From a virus, in the IMG/VR virus record IMGVR_UViG_3300036939_000021, positions 32,001 through 96,000 of that record: DNA of 64,000 bases, one strand, 5' to 3'. A program made the position numbers and the translations under genes. The number at the start of each line of letters is the position of its first letter. The first letter of the stretch is position 1. Positions 1 through 9,917 of this stretch are shown one piece after another. Under the pieces are notes generated by a model. It saw only the letters and a program-made list of their open reading frames with translations, was not told the origin of the DNA and ran no database searches.

Positions 1-636
1 AGGTAATCTAGTATTATCGTACTCTTTAAATTCATATTCGTCTTCCTCATATTCTGATGATTCCGGTGTTTTCTCTTCCTTCTGCTTTACGTAGGCTTGA
101 ACAAATACTTTTTTAGTAGACTCATCCCATCCGGCTAAGTCTGTTTGCTTCTTAGGGAGTTTTGCTAGAATCTTAGCGAGTTTAGCTGGATTATCTTGAC
201 CGTCCTTAGCTGTATTATTGAGACGTATAAGAGCGGCTTGACTGGAATCATCATCAAGACTTGTGAGAACTACTGGACACTTTTCCCAGAATTTTTTATT
301 AAAACGTTGTCTATGAAGAGTCTGTAATTCTTCCCTCTCTCCGGCTTTTAACCATTTCTGCCATTCATTCTCCCACCATTCGGAATCATCGATAGTTCTT
401 AAATTATCGGCAACTAACACTCTACCGTGACCTGATAACAGATAATCATAATCTCCGGTAGATTTTGTATTGAGAGTAGGATATGTGAGCCAACCAAATG
501 CGATTAACGATTTTTTTATTTCTTCTAAATCTTCTCCATTTTCCCAAGAATGTTCTCTAGGATTATCTGGATGAAACCTATCTATTAGTAAATTTGTTGG
601 TAGCCATATTAATGATGTATCTTGTTTACTAGGCAT
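1..636 (-). CDS. ParB/Sulfiredoxin-like N-terminal domain protein (runs off window start)
   Basis: Not in the ORF track; manual translation from ATG 636: MPSKQD...HPDNPREH...IKKSLIAFGW...LLSGHGRVLVA, the ParB N-terminal NPR/GHGR signature typical of phage packaging-region genes. Confidence 0.75.
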   Translation of the reverse strand, partial: MPSKQDTSLIWLPTNLLIDRFHPDNPREHSWENGEDLEEIKKSLIAFGWLTYPTLNTKSTGDYDYLLSGHGRVLVADNLRTIDDSEWWENEWQKWLKAGEREELQTLHRQRFNKKFWEKCPVVLTSLDDDSSQAALIRLNNTAKDGQDNPAKLAKILAKLPKKQTDLAGWDESTKKVFVQAYVKQKEEKTPESSEYEEDEYEFKEYDNTRLP

Positions 637-1324
637 TTTTATTACAATATTCGTGTTGTAAATGTATTATGGCTTGCTTTTCTAATTTCTTTACAGTCGC
701 AGGTTTTAATTGTAAAACTATTGCTGTGTCTTTTATAGTCATTTCCTGAAGTATTCGACATGAGATTACATGACGTTCTTCCTCTGTAAGTATCGATAAC
801 ACCTCATAAATGCAGATTTTAGAAGGTTCTTCATATAACTTTTCTTCTATATCTTCTACTATAGGTTTAAATTTTTGTATATAAATATTATTAAGCTCTA
901 CAGCTTGTTCTTTAGATATACCTAATTCCAGTGCTGCTTTCCTATATGATATTTTATTTTGTAAAGAATATTTTTTTATTTTTTGGTGGAGTTCTTGAGT
1001 TTTTGGGGGAATACGGATTAAATGTCCTTTATCCCGTAACCAGTGTAAAATCTCTCCTCTAATTTTAGGGAGTGCAAAAGGTGTAAATTTTATCTTTAGA
1101 TCGGGATTATAATTTTCTACCGCTTTTATTAAGCCTATTGTACCGATTTGAAATAAATCCTCAAAACTCTCTTTACAGCGTGTACGATAATAATTAGCTA
1201 CTTGGGTAACAAATCTTAAATTAGTTTTTACAATTTTATTACGAGTTTCAATATCCCTTGTAAGTTGATATTGTTGAAAAAGTTCTACATTATATAAATT
1301 TTTTGTTAATCTAAGTTTTCTCAC
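629..1324 (-). CDS. RNA polymerase sigma factor, group 3 (SigF/SigB-like)
   Basis: NLRFV...EDLFQIGTIGLIKAVENY...FALPKIRGEILHWLRD (region 2) and a C-terminal region 4 HTH. Confidence 0.92.
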   Translation of the reverse strand: MRKLRLTKNLYNVELFQQYQLTRDIETRNKIVKTNLRFVTQVANYYRTRCKESFEDLFQIGTIGLIKAVENYNPDLKIKFTPFALPKIRGEILHWLRDKGHLIRIPPKTQELHQKIKKYSLQNKISYRKAALELGISKEQAVELNNIYIQKFKPIVEDIEEKLYEEPSKICIYEVLSILTEEERHVISCRILQEMTIKDTAIVLQLKPATVKKLEKQAIIHLQHEYCNKNA

Positions 1325-1330
1325 AGAATC

Positions 1331-1768
1331 ATGACTAAAATATTTATTGCTAATCTAATAATTAACTTTAACGTAGAAATTACTAAGGATGAAATAGAGA
1401 TCGATGAGATTACAGGAAATCCGGTAATTATCGATTCAGAGTCTATTTATAAAGTAAAAGCACATATTCGAGGATTGCCTAGTATTCTTCAGGAAATGGG
1501 GAGCAATCCAAATCAAGTTAATGTAGAAGGAAAAATAGTAGAAACATGGAATCAGAAATTAAAACGCTGGGAAAATAACAAAATATTGCCAACACATATT
1601 ATAAGGTATCAGACTGAAGCAACAGCTGTCTACCTTAATCCTGATGAAGGCTTTGAACAAAACTGTTATTTTACTCTTCAACCTGATGTTGACTCGAAAC
1701 GCCCTAGAGTCGCAAGACGATTAGCAAAACGTTTAGGTAGCGATATTAAAGGAATTTTAAGATTCTGA
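1331..1768 (+). CDS. putative head-closure / head-tail joining protein
   Basis: 145 aa, beta-rich, DEITGNP motif near the N-terminus as in head-closure proteins; close to other neck genes. Confidence 0.45.
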   Translation: MTKIFIANLIINFNVEITKDEIEIDEITGNPVIIDSESIYKVKAHIRGLPSILQEMGSNPNQVNVEGKIVETWNQKLKRWENNKILPTHIIRYQTEATAVYLNPDEGFEQNCYFTLQPDVDSKRPRVARRLAKRLGSDIKGILRF

Positions 1769-1973
1769 AGAAAAATAAATCACTAGGTAATTATTGCAAA
1801 TTTTGTTATAAAAAAGTTTTCTATAAAAGAACTATAGCTAAACTATGCGAACTTAATCGAAAAAATTATAAATTTATGAAAGTTGAAGGTGTTATCTGTG
1901 ATTCTTGTATTAATGGTTTTGATGATGGTGATAATAGAGATTATATAGAAATTTAAATTTGAGACACCTTTGA

Positions 1974-2016
1974 ATAAGAAAAAAGCTAGATTTAAAAAAT
2001 CTAGCTTTTTTCTTAT
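1974..2016. terminator. bidirectional intrinsic terminator
   Basis: ATAAGAAAAAAGCTAGATTT/AAATCTAGCTTTTTTCTTAT inverted repeat between convergent units; a related hairpin lies at ~33273-33311. Confidence 0.8.
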
Positions 2017-2155
2017 GATTTTTTATTTAACGAATTTTAGGGAACCGTTTATTTTTACCATGTTCTTGAGATTTGAAATATGTCATGGCTTCTATTACAA
2101 GAGATTCTGGGAGTTCCTCTACAGATAGTTCCTTAATTCATGGACAAATATCCAA

Positions 2156-3364
2156 TCAATTAAGTTTATAAGGAGTAATCCTTACTGGCTGAACTACAAC
2201 AGCCTGTATTCCTTCTACAAACGCATTAGGAAATACTTTTCTGATTATATTTAAACTACCGTTGATATCAGCATTTATAAATTTGTTGTCAGCAGTTCTA
2301 AACAGCCCTCTTTTGACTCGCTTTCCCAAATACAACTCATGTTTACAAATAGGTTCATTATCCAAAGCACTACATTTTGAAGTGTAGCTTTCCTCTGTAA
2401 TGAAAACTTCAATGCCAACTAACTCACATTTGTACTGAAGCATTTCAATAAACTTGGCATGAGGAATTTGTACAAAGTTTTGGTTATTCCGCTTACCTAA
2501 ATTTATTTCTTGCTTCCAACCATCGTTTTTACCTATCACAAGGTTGCCAACTCGATGCTTAAGTAAGTAATTAACAATGAATCGACTTGCATTGTGTAGG
2601 TAATTATCTACTTTGCAGTTACGCTTATGAGTCAGTTTTTGAATCTGATTTGATGTGTAAATTTTACCCTTTAGTTTAGATTGCAGGCTAGCACGTTTCT
2701 TATTGAAATATACGTTGATTGACTTAAGAGGTCTTCCGTTAACCAGTACAGGTTTAAAGCCTTTAAGATTTGATGTTAAAGCCCCTAATGTATTCAGCCC
2801 GATATCTAAACCAGCAACAGTATTAGAGTCTAACTCGTGTTGTTCAGTTTCTTTCTCATAGACTACCTCAATAACATAATATTTGATTTTTGGAACTATT
2901 CTAACTTGACAAACATTATCAACTTTTGTAGGAATAAATATGTCTGTTTTAGATGGGTTAATTAAACCTTTTTTCAAGGCTTTCTTGCTAATTGCTTGAT
3001 TGGTGTAAGTGACTAAGTTTCTACCTTCCGTTTTATGTTTATAGCCAGGTAACTTAGGTCTGCCCTTAAACTTAGCAGGATTCTTGTAATATTCTTTATT
3101 TATCACAGCGAATGACTTCCAAGCTTCATCAAGCTTCATTAACACTTGCTGAGATACCTTGGCAGGCAAAGCAAGATAGTCAGGTGTATTCTGACACTGC
3201 TTTTGAACAGTGTTGTAACTTAGCCTAGTTCTGTCATTTATAAACGGTTGCCTAATTAGATAATTTGCATAGTTAAACAAATTTTTAGACAAAAAGCAGA
3301 ATTTGTCACATTCTTTATAAAATTTATGACTTTGTTTGATGATATGTCGTTCGACTAGCTGCAT
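2156..3364 (-). CDS. tnpB: RNA-guided endonuclease TnpB
   Basis: Likely start MQLVERH at 3364; RuvC motifs AGLDIG, VIGKN...EESYTSK and NADING. Confidence 0.93.
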   Translation of the reverse strand: MQLVERHIIKQSHKFYKECDKFCFLSKNLFNYANYLIRQPFINDRTRLSYNTVQKQCQNTPDYLALPAKVSQQVLMKLDEAWKSFAVINKEYYKNPAKFKGRPKLPGYKHKTEGRNLVTYTNQAISKKALKKGLINPSKTDIFIPTKVDNVCQVRIVPKIKYYVIEVVYEKETEQHELDSNTVAGLDIGLNTLGALTSNLKGFKPVLVNGRPLKSINVYFNKKRASLQSKLKGKIYTSNQIQKLTHKRNCKVDNYLHNASRFIVNYLLKHRVGNLVIGKNDGWKQEINLGKRNNQNFVQIPHAKFIEMLQYKCELVGIEVFITEESYTSKCSALDNEPICKHELYLGKRVKRGLFRTADNKFINADINGSLNIIRKVFPNAFVEGIQAVVVQPVRITPYKLN

Positions 3365-3410
3365 ATCTGTTATAGTTGTACTAACACTAGTATAGCAAGA
3401 GTTAGTAGAA

Positions 3411-3557
3411 ATGACACGTTTATCAGAGAAAATTTTGACGATTCGCATACCAGATATAGAGATGCAACTGTTAACTGAGTATTGCAAGCAAACAAAAAGG
3501 ACAAAGACCGATGTGGTAAGGGAACTTATTCGATCCTTGTCACAAAAAGGTACTTGA
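3411..3557 (+). CDS. CopG/ribbon-helix-helix protein (48 aa)
   Basis: Manual translation MTRLSEKILTIRIPDIEMQLLTEYCKQTKRTKTDVVRELIRSL; divergent from tnpB. Confidence 0.85.
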   Translation: MTRLSEKILTIRIPDIEMQLLTEYCKQTKRTKTDVVRELIRSLSQKGT

Positions 3558-3660
3558 CTAAATATGTCTATATTTGACTACATTTTCAGCAAAGTTTTGC
3601 AATACTCAAAATTATCTAATACTATTTTTATTAAATAATTAACGAATAATCTTTAATACT

Positions 3661-3951
3661 ATGGCACGTTTAGATTGGACTCCACCACAGATAACAGAAT
3701 ATGCAGAGTTTCAATATAATGTGGATTATGCTGCTGAAGTACACGAACTTACAGGTAATCGCTGGACTGATAGAGGATTAAATGGATCTAATCTACCTGA
3801 TGTTATGGCTAGCGAATATGCTAGTACTCAGGATTTAATTCAAGCTTTTAAAAATACTGCTGAATACTTGGGAGAACGTTTTCAAAATGAAGCACCAGTA
3901 AATTCAGGAAAACTTAAAGCTAGTTTTAATATTGAATGGAAAAATTTATGA
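3661..3951 (+). CDS. HK97 gp10-like tail-completion/neck protein (motif order permuted)
   Basis: YNVDYAAEVHE and APVNSGKLKAS motifs. Confidence 0.65.
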   Translation: MARLDWTPPQITEYAEFQYNVDYAAEVHELTGNRWTDRGLNGSNLPDVMASEYASTQDLIQAFKNTAEYLGERFQNEAPVNSGKLKASFNIEWKNL

Positions 3952-4383
3952 TTCCAGGGGGTAAACTCTAGTATTAAATACTATATTATCAGGAATTCTA
4001 AAAGTTGCTAAAAGTGTTTCGTATTCAGTAAAATTATTGATTGTTTCCCGACGATACGGAAAATTTAAACGCATTATTTCTATGGCGGTATCAAATTTAG
4101 TATATATTTCGGGTGTTCTCTCATTAGTTTTGAGTGTAATCATCCACTCAACAATATCCATTGATTGCGAATTTAATAATAAATCTGTGGATAAAGTATT
4201 TTTATACCTTCCGATAACACACTCAAGACCCCCTGTAACAGGTTCTTTTGGTGTAGATGGTGGCTCTACCCATATCGCCTTAATCTTAGTTCCATAAGTG
4301 CCTAGATACGGTGTGAGAATAGCTTCTAGCTTCTTACGTAATGGTAAAACTTGGGGGTAATAGGGATTAGGAAAAATTTCCAT
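3946..4383 (-). CDS. putative tail terminator protein
   Basis: LRKKLEAILTPYLGTY...AIWVEPP...GLECVI pattern; likely start MEIFPN at 4383. Confidence 0.5.
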   Translation of the reverse strand: MEIFPNPYYPQVLPLRKKLEAILTPYLGTYGTKIKAIWVEPPSTPKEPVTGGLECVIGRYKNTLSTDLLLNSQSMDIVEWMITLKTNERTPEIYTKFDTAIEIMRLNFPYRRETINNFTEYETLLATFRIPDNIVFNTRVYPLES

Positions 4384-4620
4384 ACCGGAATAATATTTTA
4401 TTAAAAAATCTGCTTCAGTTTCGAGACACCAAAGCAGATAGTACAAACAAATTGTAACTGAGAGTGCTTTTAAATTTTAACAAAAAATCTTAAAAAATTT
4501 GTGTTTTTGTTATCACATCGAAGTATTTTTGAAAAATAATAAACTAACGTGTGGAAAACTATGTTGAATATGTGAATTATTCCAGTGATGAAATTATTAT
4601 ATAGAAATTTAAATATAGTC

Positions 4621-4687
4621 TTGACATATTAGATTTTTATAATTATAATAGAGGAGTCGGGAAAGAAAAGCTAAGGAAATCGAAAAA
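4621..4687 (+). promoter_or_regulatory. repeated early promoter/RBS module
   Basis: TTGACA-17nt-TATAAT-AGAGGAGTCGGGAAAGAAAAGCTAAGGAAATCGAAAAA-ATG. Confidence 0.9.
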
Positions 4688-4927
4688 ATGCTAAATAAAC
4701 CAGAATTGCTTGAGCATCTTAAGTCTTCTTTAGAAAAAGCTTCAAAAGCTACATCTAAAAAAGAATTAAGACAATATTTAAGCTTGGCTCGATCATATGC
4801 AGGAGCGCTCGATCATCCTTGTTCAGAAGAACTTCAAACTCAAATAAATTTTCTGGATAATTTCAAAGGACACTTACCAAAGATCCATCTAAAAAATATT
4901 CAGAATCTCTGCAAAACAATTCTCTAA
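4688..4927 (+). CDS. hypothetical protein (cassette cargo)
   Basis: ORF directly after the promoter module and followed by a terminator at 4961-4989. Confidence 0.75.
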   Translation: MLNKPELLEHLKSSLEKASKATSKKELRQYLSLARSYAGALDHPCSEELQTQINFLDNFKGHLPKIHLKNIQNLCKTIL

Positions 4928-4987
4928 TAAAACACTTTCGATTATTCCATGTCTTCTTTCTCTCCTCACCTTCGAGGAGATTTTTTT

Positions 4988-5263
4988 TTATCTAAGCGTT
5001 CCATCAAATATTCTTACAAAACCGCCATACTGTACAACTCGTACTACTACCTTTTTTGGTACAGAATTTAAACTCTGAAGACTTGCCACAGGTTTAAAAT
5101 CCCAATCGGAATTATGAGTACACAAATTTGTAAGAAATTCTAGAGATATAGAATTTTTTGTTGTGCGTTCTATCCAATAATAATTTTGTAAATAATTTAA
5201 ACCGTTAGGATCTGATTCTGATGATTGTGACATTTTCAACAAAATAAAATAATATGCTAACAC
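4988..5263 (-). CDS. hypothetical protein
   Basis: ORF track; start probably at MSQSS. Confidence 0.45.
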   Translation of the reverse strand: MLAYYFILLKMSQSSESDPNGLNYLQNYYWIERTTKNSISLEFLTNLCTHNSDWDFKPVASLQSLNSVPKKVVVRVVQYGGFVRIFDGTLR

Positions 5264-5302
5264 ATCTATTATAATTATTGTTGAAAAAATATTAGGGCAT
5301 CT

Positions 5303-5596
5303 ATGATCTATTTCGCGTATAAACCTGGTTTTGTAAAAATAGGATATTCAAAAGACCCAAGTAAACGTTTGAAACAATTGCAAACTGGATGCCCAGAACG
5401 ATTAAAGATTATTTGTAAAATACCGGGAGATAAGAAACTTGAACGAAAATTACAGAAATTATTTTGGCGTAATCTTTTAGATGATGAATGGTTTTATTTT
5501 ACAACGGGTTTAAAACTATATATAAAACGTCTCACGGAATCATCGAAATTTGTTGAGCCGAATTATATAGAACTTTTTTGTGTTCCAGATATTTAA
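5303..5596 (+). CDS. GIY-YIG nuclease family protein (T5orf172/MUG113-like)
   Basis: IYF...VKIGYSKDPSKRLKQLQTGCP...LERKLQ...EWF. Confidence 0.88.
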   Translation: MIYFAYKPGFVKIGYSKDPSKRLKQLQTGCPERLKIICKIPGDKKLERKLQKLFWRNLLDDEWFYFTTGLKLYIKRLTESSKFVEPNYIELFCVPDI

Positions 5597-5617
5597 AAAA
5601 TATTTTTAAAATATATC

Positions 5618-5682
5618 TTGACATCTTAGATTTTTATTATTAAAATAAAGGAGTAGGAAAGAAAAGCTAAGGAAAGCGAAAA
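5618..5682 (+). promoter_or_regulatory. repeated early promoter/RBS module
   Basis: TTGACATCTTAGATTTTTATTATTAAAAT...GCTAAGGAAA; 5597-5647 is identical to 6956-7006 (51 bp). Confidence 0.9.
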
Positions 5683-6135
5683 ATGCCTAAACAAAATATT
5701 CTTTTTCTCTGCCATGTAGAAGAAAGCTTTAGATCATTTTTTCCTGATAAACTCTACGTCACACGATTAATAAAAGCTTGTCAATCTGTCAAATACGATC
5801 AAGTAATTGCACTAGTCAGCAATATTATGGATTATGATCCAATTCCTGAAATAGCTGATTTAGTAACAGATAGAATAGATTTTAGTTGGGGATATGAGCC
5901 AGAACAATTTGAAGATGAACCGGAAGAAGAAAAATTTATTATAGACGCTAGCTATAAATCCGCTCATGATTGGACTTGGATACCTCCAGAACTTAGAGAT
6001 AAATCATGGGCAACTAATAAAAATATCTATATCGGTGGTGGATGTAACGGAGAATGTCTAGCAGATTTTGAAGTAGTACTAGAAACACTAGATATAGATT
6101 ACAAACGAATAGAAGGATATATCTACGGAGTCTAA
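5683..6135 (+). CDS. putative cysteine-hydrolase (isochorismatase-like) fold protein
   Basis: N-terminal LFLCHVE strand and IYIGGGCNGECL motif. Confidence 0.5.
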   Translation: MPKQNILFLCHVEESFRSFFPDKLYVTRLIKACQSVKYDQVIALVSNIMDYDPIPEIADLVTDRIDFSWGYEPEQFEDEPEEEKFIIDASYKSAHDWTWIPPELRDKSWATNKNIYIGGGCNGECLADFEVVLETLDIDYKRIEGYIYGV

Positions 6136-6194
6136 ACACTCTCGATTATTCCAGGGATGCATCTACTCTCTTACCCCATTCATCTTCTAAAATC

Positions 6195-6623
6195 ATGCAA
6201 ACATTTCTTCCTTATCCTGACTTTGTTAAATCTGCTGAATGTCTTGATAGACAAAGATTAGGTAAACAACGAGTCGAGTGTTTACAACTTCTTAATGCTA
6301 TTGCGGGAACTTCTAAAGGTTGGATTAATCATCCTTGTACCAAAATGTGGAAAGATTACCCAGAAGCATTAGTGCATTATTCCGTTGTAATTTGTTTTGA
6401 GTGGCGATCTAGAGGTTATAAAGATTCTTGTTTAGAAAAAATAGAAAATTTAGGACAGCAACAAAACTGGAAAATAGAACAAGATATTTTAAAATATCCT
6501 TCTTGGATAGGTAGAGAAGACGTACACGCTTCACATCGATCGAATTTACTTAGAAAACTTCCTGATCATTATCAGCAGTTTGGATGGAGTGAACCGGATA
6601 ATCTACCTTATATCTGGGTTTAA
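6195..6623 (+). CDS. pyrimidine-dimer DNA glycosylase/endonuclease V-like (MSMEG_6728 family)
   Basis: MQTFLPYPDF..SA..LD.QRLGKQRVE...HPCTKMW...HASHRSNLLRK. Confidence 0.88.
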   Translation: MQTFLPYPDFVKSAECLDRQRLGKQRVECLQLLNAIAGTSKGWINHPCTKMWKDYPEALVHYSVVICFEWRSRGYKDSCLEKIENLGQQQNWKIEQDILKYPSWIGREDVHASHRSNLLRKLPDHYQQFGWSEPDNLPYIWV

Positions 6624-6706
6624 TATCTAAAACATTCTCGATGATACTCTCCTCTCCTTAGAGGAGATTTTTTTTATAATAATATTGTTGAATTCTCAAA
6701 AAATTT

Positions 6707-6850
6707 ATGATGATTCTGAGTAAACAAGATTCAAAAGTTTTTGTAGAAGTTTTGCTTAATCCTCCGGACGTATCAGAAAAACTACAAAAATCTTCTGAAA
6801 ACTATAAACAGAAAATTCTAAATAAAAGTAGTCCATCTAAAATCGCCTAG
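6707..6850 (+). CDS. DUF1778 (TacA/AtaR-type antitoxin) C-terminal-domain-only protein, 47 aa
   Basis: Manual translation MMILSKQDSKVFVEVLLNPPDVSEKLQKSSENYKQK; upstream TATAAT. Confidence 0.65.
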   Translation: MMILSKQDSKVFVEVLLNPPDVSEKLQKSSENYKQKILNKSSPSKIA

Positions 6851-6976
6851 AAGACCTCTCTAATTTTTAGGCTATCTAGCCCTAGCCGCAAGCTTTTCGA
6901 GTCTTATAGACTCACCTAGACCATAATAAAAAGCCCTCCAGGATTCTCGAAGGCTAAAATATTTTTAAAATATATC

Positions 6977-7042
6977 TTGACATCTTAGATTTTTATTATT
7001 AAAATAGAGGAGTCGGGAAAGAAAAGCTAAGGAAATCGAAAA
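6977..7042 (+). promoter_or_regulatory. repeated early promoter/RBS module
   Basis: TTGACATCTTAGATTTTTATTATTAAAATAGAGGAGTCGGGAAAGAAAAGCTAAGGAAATCGAAAA. Confidence 0.9.
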
Positions 7043-7243
7043 ATGCTAAAACCTAACCAAGTCATTCAATACAAAGGTCTACAAATCGCTATCTTTGCTA
7101 CAAAATCAATGAAATATGTAGCAACAGTAGGACAATACGACCACTACATGACAAATGATGTAGCGGCTCTAGGCTTAGAGAACGCTGAAACTGCTACAAA
7201 GAGCGCTAAAGCTTATATTGATGATTTGAAAAAGACAGCATAG
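7043..7243 (+). CDS. hypothetical protein (cassette cargo)
   Basis: ORF after the promoter module; terminator at 7264-7295. Confidence 0.75.
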   Translation: MLKPNQVIQYKGLQIAIFATKSMKYVATVGQYDHYMTNDVAALGLENAETATKSAKAYIDDLKKTA

Positions 7244-7315
7244 AAGCTAACCTAGACCATAATAAAAAGCCCTCTAGAATCCTAGAGGGCTTTTTATTTT
7301 ACTTAAATTTTGATT

Positions 7316-8317
7316 TTAAGCGGCTAATGTTTCCTTAGCGAATAGATATGATTCCAGTTGTTCTTTCTTTTCTGGTACATACTCAAGCCATACCTTACCA
7401 CATTCTTGTTTCATCTCTATAGAAAACTGAAAGTCTATAAAATTCTCGCTAGGTGCTGGATGTTGTTTTTTAGAATAATCCTGATAAGGATTGGTTAGTA
7501 CACGATAGAGTTTTTCTGGAAGTGTCTTTTGAAATTGTTGATAAGACTTTTCCCAATTTGCAATTGCTGTTTGAATGTCTTCCTCATAGTCTTCATCTTC
7601 TAATTGCTCTTGTGTGACTTGAGTGAAGCCATAGGAAAAGAGATCAATTTGTTCGCCAGTAAATAAAGTATCGATGAGTTTTAGAAATAATCCTTGTCGC
7701 TTTTGCTCTAATTGGTGTTCCTCGTATTCTTCTTGAGTCATATTTTCAACGGATTTAAATCCATTTTGACTGAGAAAGGGTGAGTACTCATCGCCTCTGT
7801 AATTGATGATTTCTAAGAAACGCATTTTATGGAGAGGCATAGGATACGCCCAAGGTTCAATAGTTTTGATTTGATTGTCTTTAGCTGCAAGAGCTTTTTG
7901 TAGTTCTACTACCGTTTGTCGTAATTCCTCAAGTTCACCTCCAACGTTCTGATACTCAGTAACAACAGCTTGCGATGATACACCCTCAAGCATAACTACT
8001 TTATCTTTACCGAGTTTCTTAATGACATCGATAACCCATAAACGTAATTCAATATTTGACCAGTAACCAAAATCAATCACCATTTCTTCCGTTCCCCAAG
8101 TCCCTCCATATTTGCCTTTTTGGACATCTAAAACTTTACCTTTAGTTTTTTCTAAAGCTCTTGTTAACGCTAAAGTATTCTCATTTCGTAAATAATTTCC
8201 TATTAAAGTATTGGTACTTTTTGCCATATCTGTTAAACATCCCCAAATAGAACCATCATCTCTTGTTTCAAAACGGATATTTTTACCTTGAAATTCTTGT
8301 GTAATAATATTTGACAC
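7316..8317 (-). CDS. KilA-N domain protein
   Basis: IRFETRDDGSIWGCLTDMAK...YLRNENT...GGTWG...IDFGYW. Confidence 0.85.
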   Translation of the reverse strand: MSNIITQEFQGKNIRFETRDDGSIWGCLTDMAKSTNTLIGNYLRNENTLALTRALEKTKGKVLDVQKGKYGGTWGTEEMVIDFGYWSNIELRLWVIDVIKKLGKDKVVMLEGVSSQAVVTEYQNVGGELEELRQTVVELQKALAAKDNQIKTIEPWAYPMPLHKMRFLEIINYRGDEYSPFLSQNGFKSVENMTQEEYEEHQLEQKRQGLFLKLIDTLFTGEQIDLFSYGFTQVTQEQLEDEDYEEDIQTAIANWEKSYQQFQKTLPEKLYRVLTNPYQDYSKKQHPAPSENFIDFQFSIEMKQECGKVWLEYVPEKKEQLESYLFAKETLAA

Positions 8318-8321
8318 TATT

Positions 8322-8510
8322 TTAGTTTCCTTGTTGTTTTTGTGAAGTTTGAGTGAGATTGTTACGAAATTGCTCTAAAGCAACCTTAATAACAGCATTA
8401 GCGGAAATCTGATGATCAATTGAGTAAGACTTTAACCATTCTTTAAGTTCAGCCGTAAGTCTTACCGACATAGTTGGAACCAAATGTCCGGATGAATCTT
8501 TTTTGTTCAT
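8322..8510 (-). CDS. Arc/ribbon-helix-helix regulator
   Basis: MSVRLTAELKEWLKSYS...SANAVIKVALEQF. Confidence 0.8.
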   Translation of the reverse strand: MNKKDSSGHLVPTMSVRLTAELKEWLKSYSIDHQISANAVIKVALEQFRNNLTQTSQKQQGN

Positions 8511-8519
8511 ATCTAAATA

Positions 8520-9900
8520 CTAACAAATGGTGTTTCCGGTGTCACCAATTTCTAGATATTCGTTACATAAGTTAAATGTGTTAGTTCACATAAATTGAAC
8601 TACTATACCCTGTAAGGCTTTCAGCCATTTAACCTTTTCTGATATGACCAGTTTTTCTATCCCCTAATCTCTAAATTACCTCAAAACCTTAACTTTTAGC
8701 CCTCCCAAGAAGCCTGAACCCTATACAGAGCATGAAATAGCGGTTTTTAGCCGTTCTTCAGAATCTCAAATAAGTATAAATACTTATGAATAGTTGAATC
8801 CTTGATTATATAAGGCTTTGAACCCTACACTACCCCAAAAAATCGAGGGTAAAACCTTCATTTCAGCCTTTGAAAAGCCTTAGTGACAAGTTGAAATTCG
8901 TAATATGACGTATTTTAAGATAATTTTTGGAAAGCCTGAATCGTTGATGGTTCTTAAGGTCTAGCGATTTGACCCCTTAAGAATCCCCATAGTTATTATT
9001 CCATTAGTGGCTTTCTCTCTAAAGACCCCCAAGTTAGTGCTAATCTTGATTTTTTTCTAGATTTTTGCAACTGGGCTGAAAGTATTGATTTTCCGTTGTT
9101 TTTAGTAGGTTCTGTAATAGAGTGTATAGTCTCTAATCAAATATCATATGAATTTAGTAGTGATATATCTGACCTAATTGCGGTTCAGTTAACCCACATA
9201 GGTCATATGCCAAAACGTTCATAGGAGTAATGTCCGAATAGAGTATGCACGTCTTAAAGCTCAGGGCATAAAGCCCTACTGGAATAATTCATAGATTTTT
9301 GGGGGTGTGGGGGAGAATCTAGATTGCTATTGAGGCGTAGGGGATTGGATAGGAGTCTTGAGGATTCTCTAGGTGCCATCTAGGAGGGCTGTAGAGCCTT
9401 AAAAGCTATCTTGGATGATGAATGACTCCTCTTAGAGACTCTCAGGGGCTTGTAGGAGCATGGACAGATTTAGTGACTAGTTTGGGTGAGAGGGTTAGGA
9501 TTTGTTACTAAGTAACTATAGTTATGTAGTTTGATGTTTTTGGATGGATTTTGAGTATACTACCTATCTTACTAGTTCCAAAAGTCTAGGATGACGTTAG
9601 AGTCAAGCATTCAGCTATTAGAGAAAAAAGAACACTAGAATGATACTTTCAGCGACTAGCTAAGTTAAGTAACAAGTTACTTTGTATTTTGGAGTAGTAG
9701 ATCGGTATTATATGCTTTCCAAAAATTCAAAGAAATTCTAAAAACATACTACATAGGCAGATTTCTATATAGAATCAATCCTCCAGCGTTTTTTATTGAG
9801 AATCGACCTAGCTTATCGCTAGAACCTTGATTCTATATAGAGGTTTTTGGAAAATAGGTACTAAAAAAACCTCTCAGAAGTCCTGAGAGGTTTTGAATGA
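8520..9900. other. long non-coding region, candidate replication origin or genome terminus
   Basis: ~1.4 kb without ORFs; top strand switches from C-rich to G-rich near 9200; many palindromes. Confidence 0.5.
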
Positions 9901-9917
9901 TTTTATTTGGCGATAGG

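Larger units (their letters stand above)
2135..3585 (-). mobile_element. non-autonomous IS200/IS605-family (IS1341-like) element: tnpB plus divergent RHH gene; ends approximate
   Basis: tnpB without tnpA; similar short hairpins near both ends on the minus strand (GACATATTTAGTC ~3556-3568, GGATATTTGTCC ~2142-2153). Confidence 0.6.

Noticed and set aside
3365-3487. 41-aa N-terminal extension of TnpB in the ORF track
   Set aside because: It overlaps the divergent RHH gene; the family-typical start is MQLVERH at 3364
9170-9205. Protelomerase telRL site
   Set aside because: The palindrome is short and imperfect, and no protelomerase is in the window
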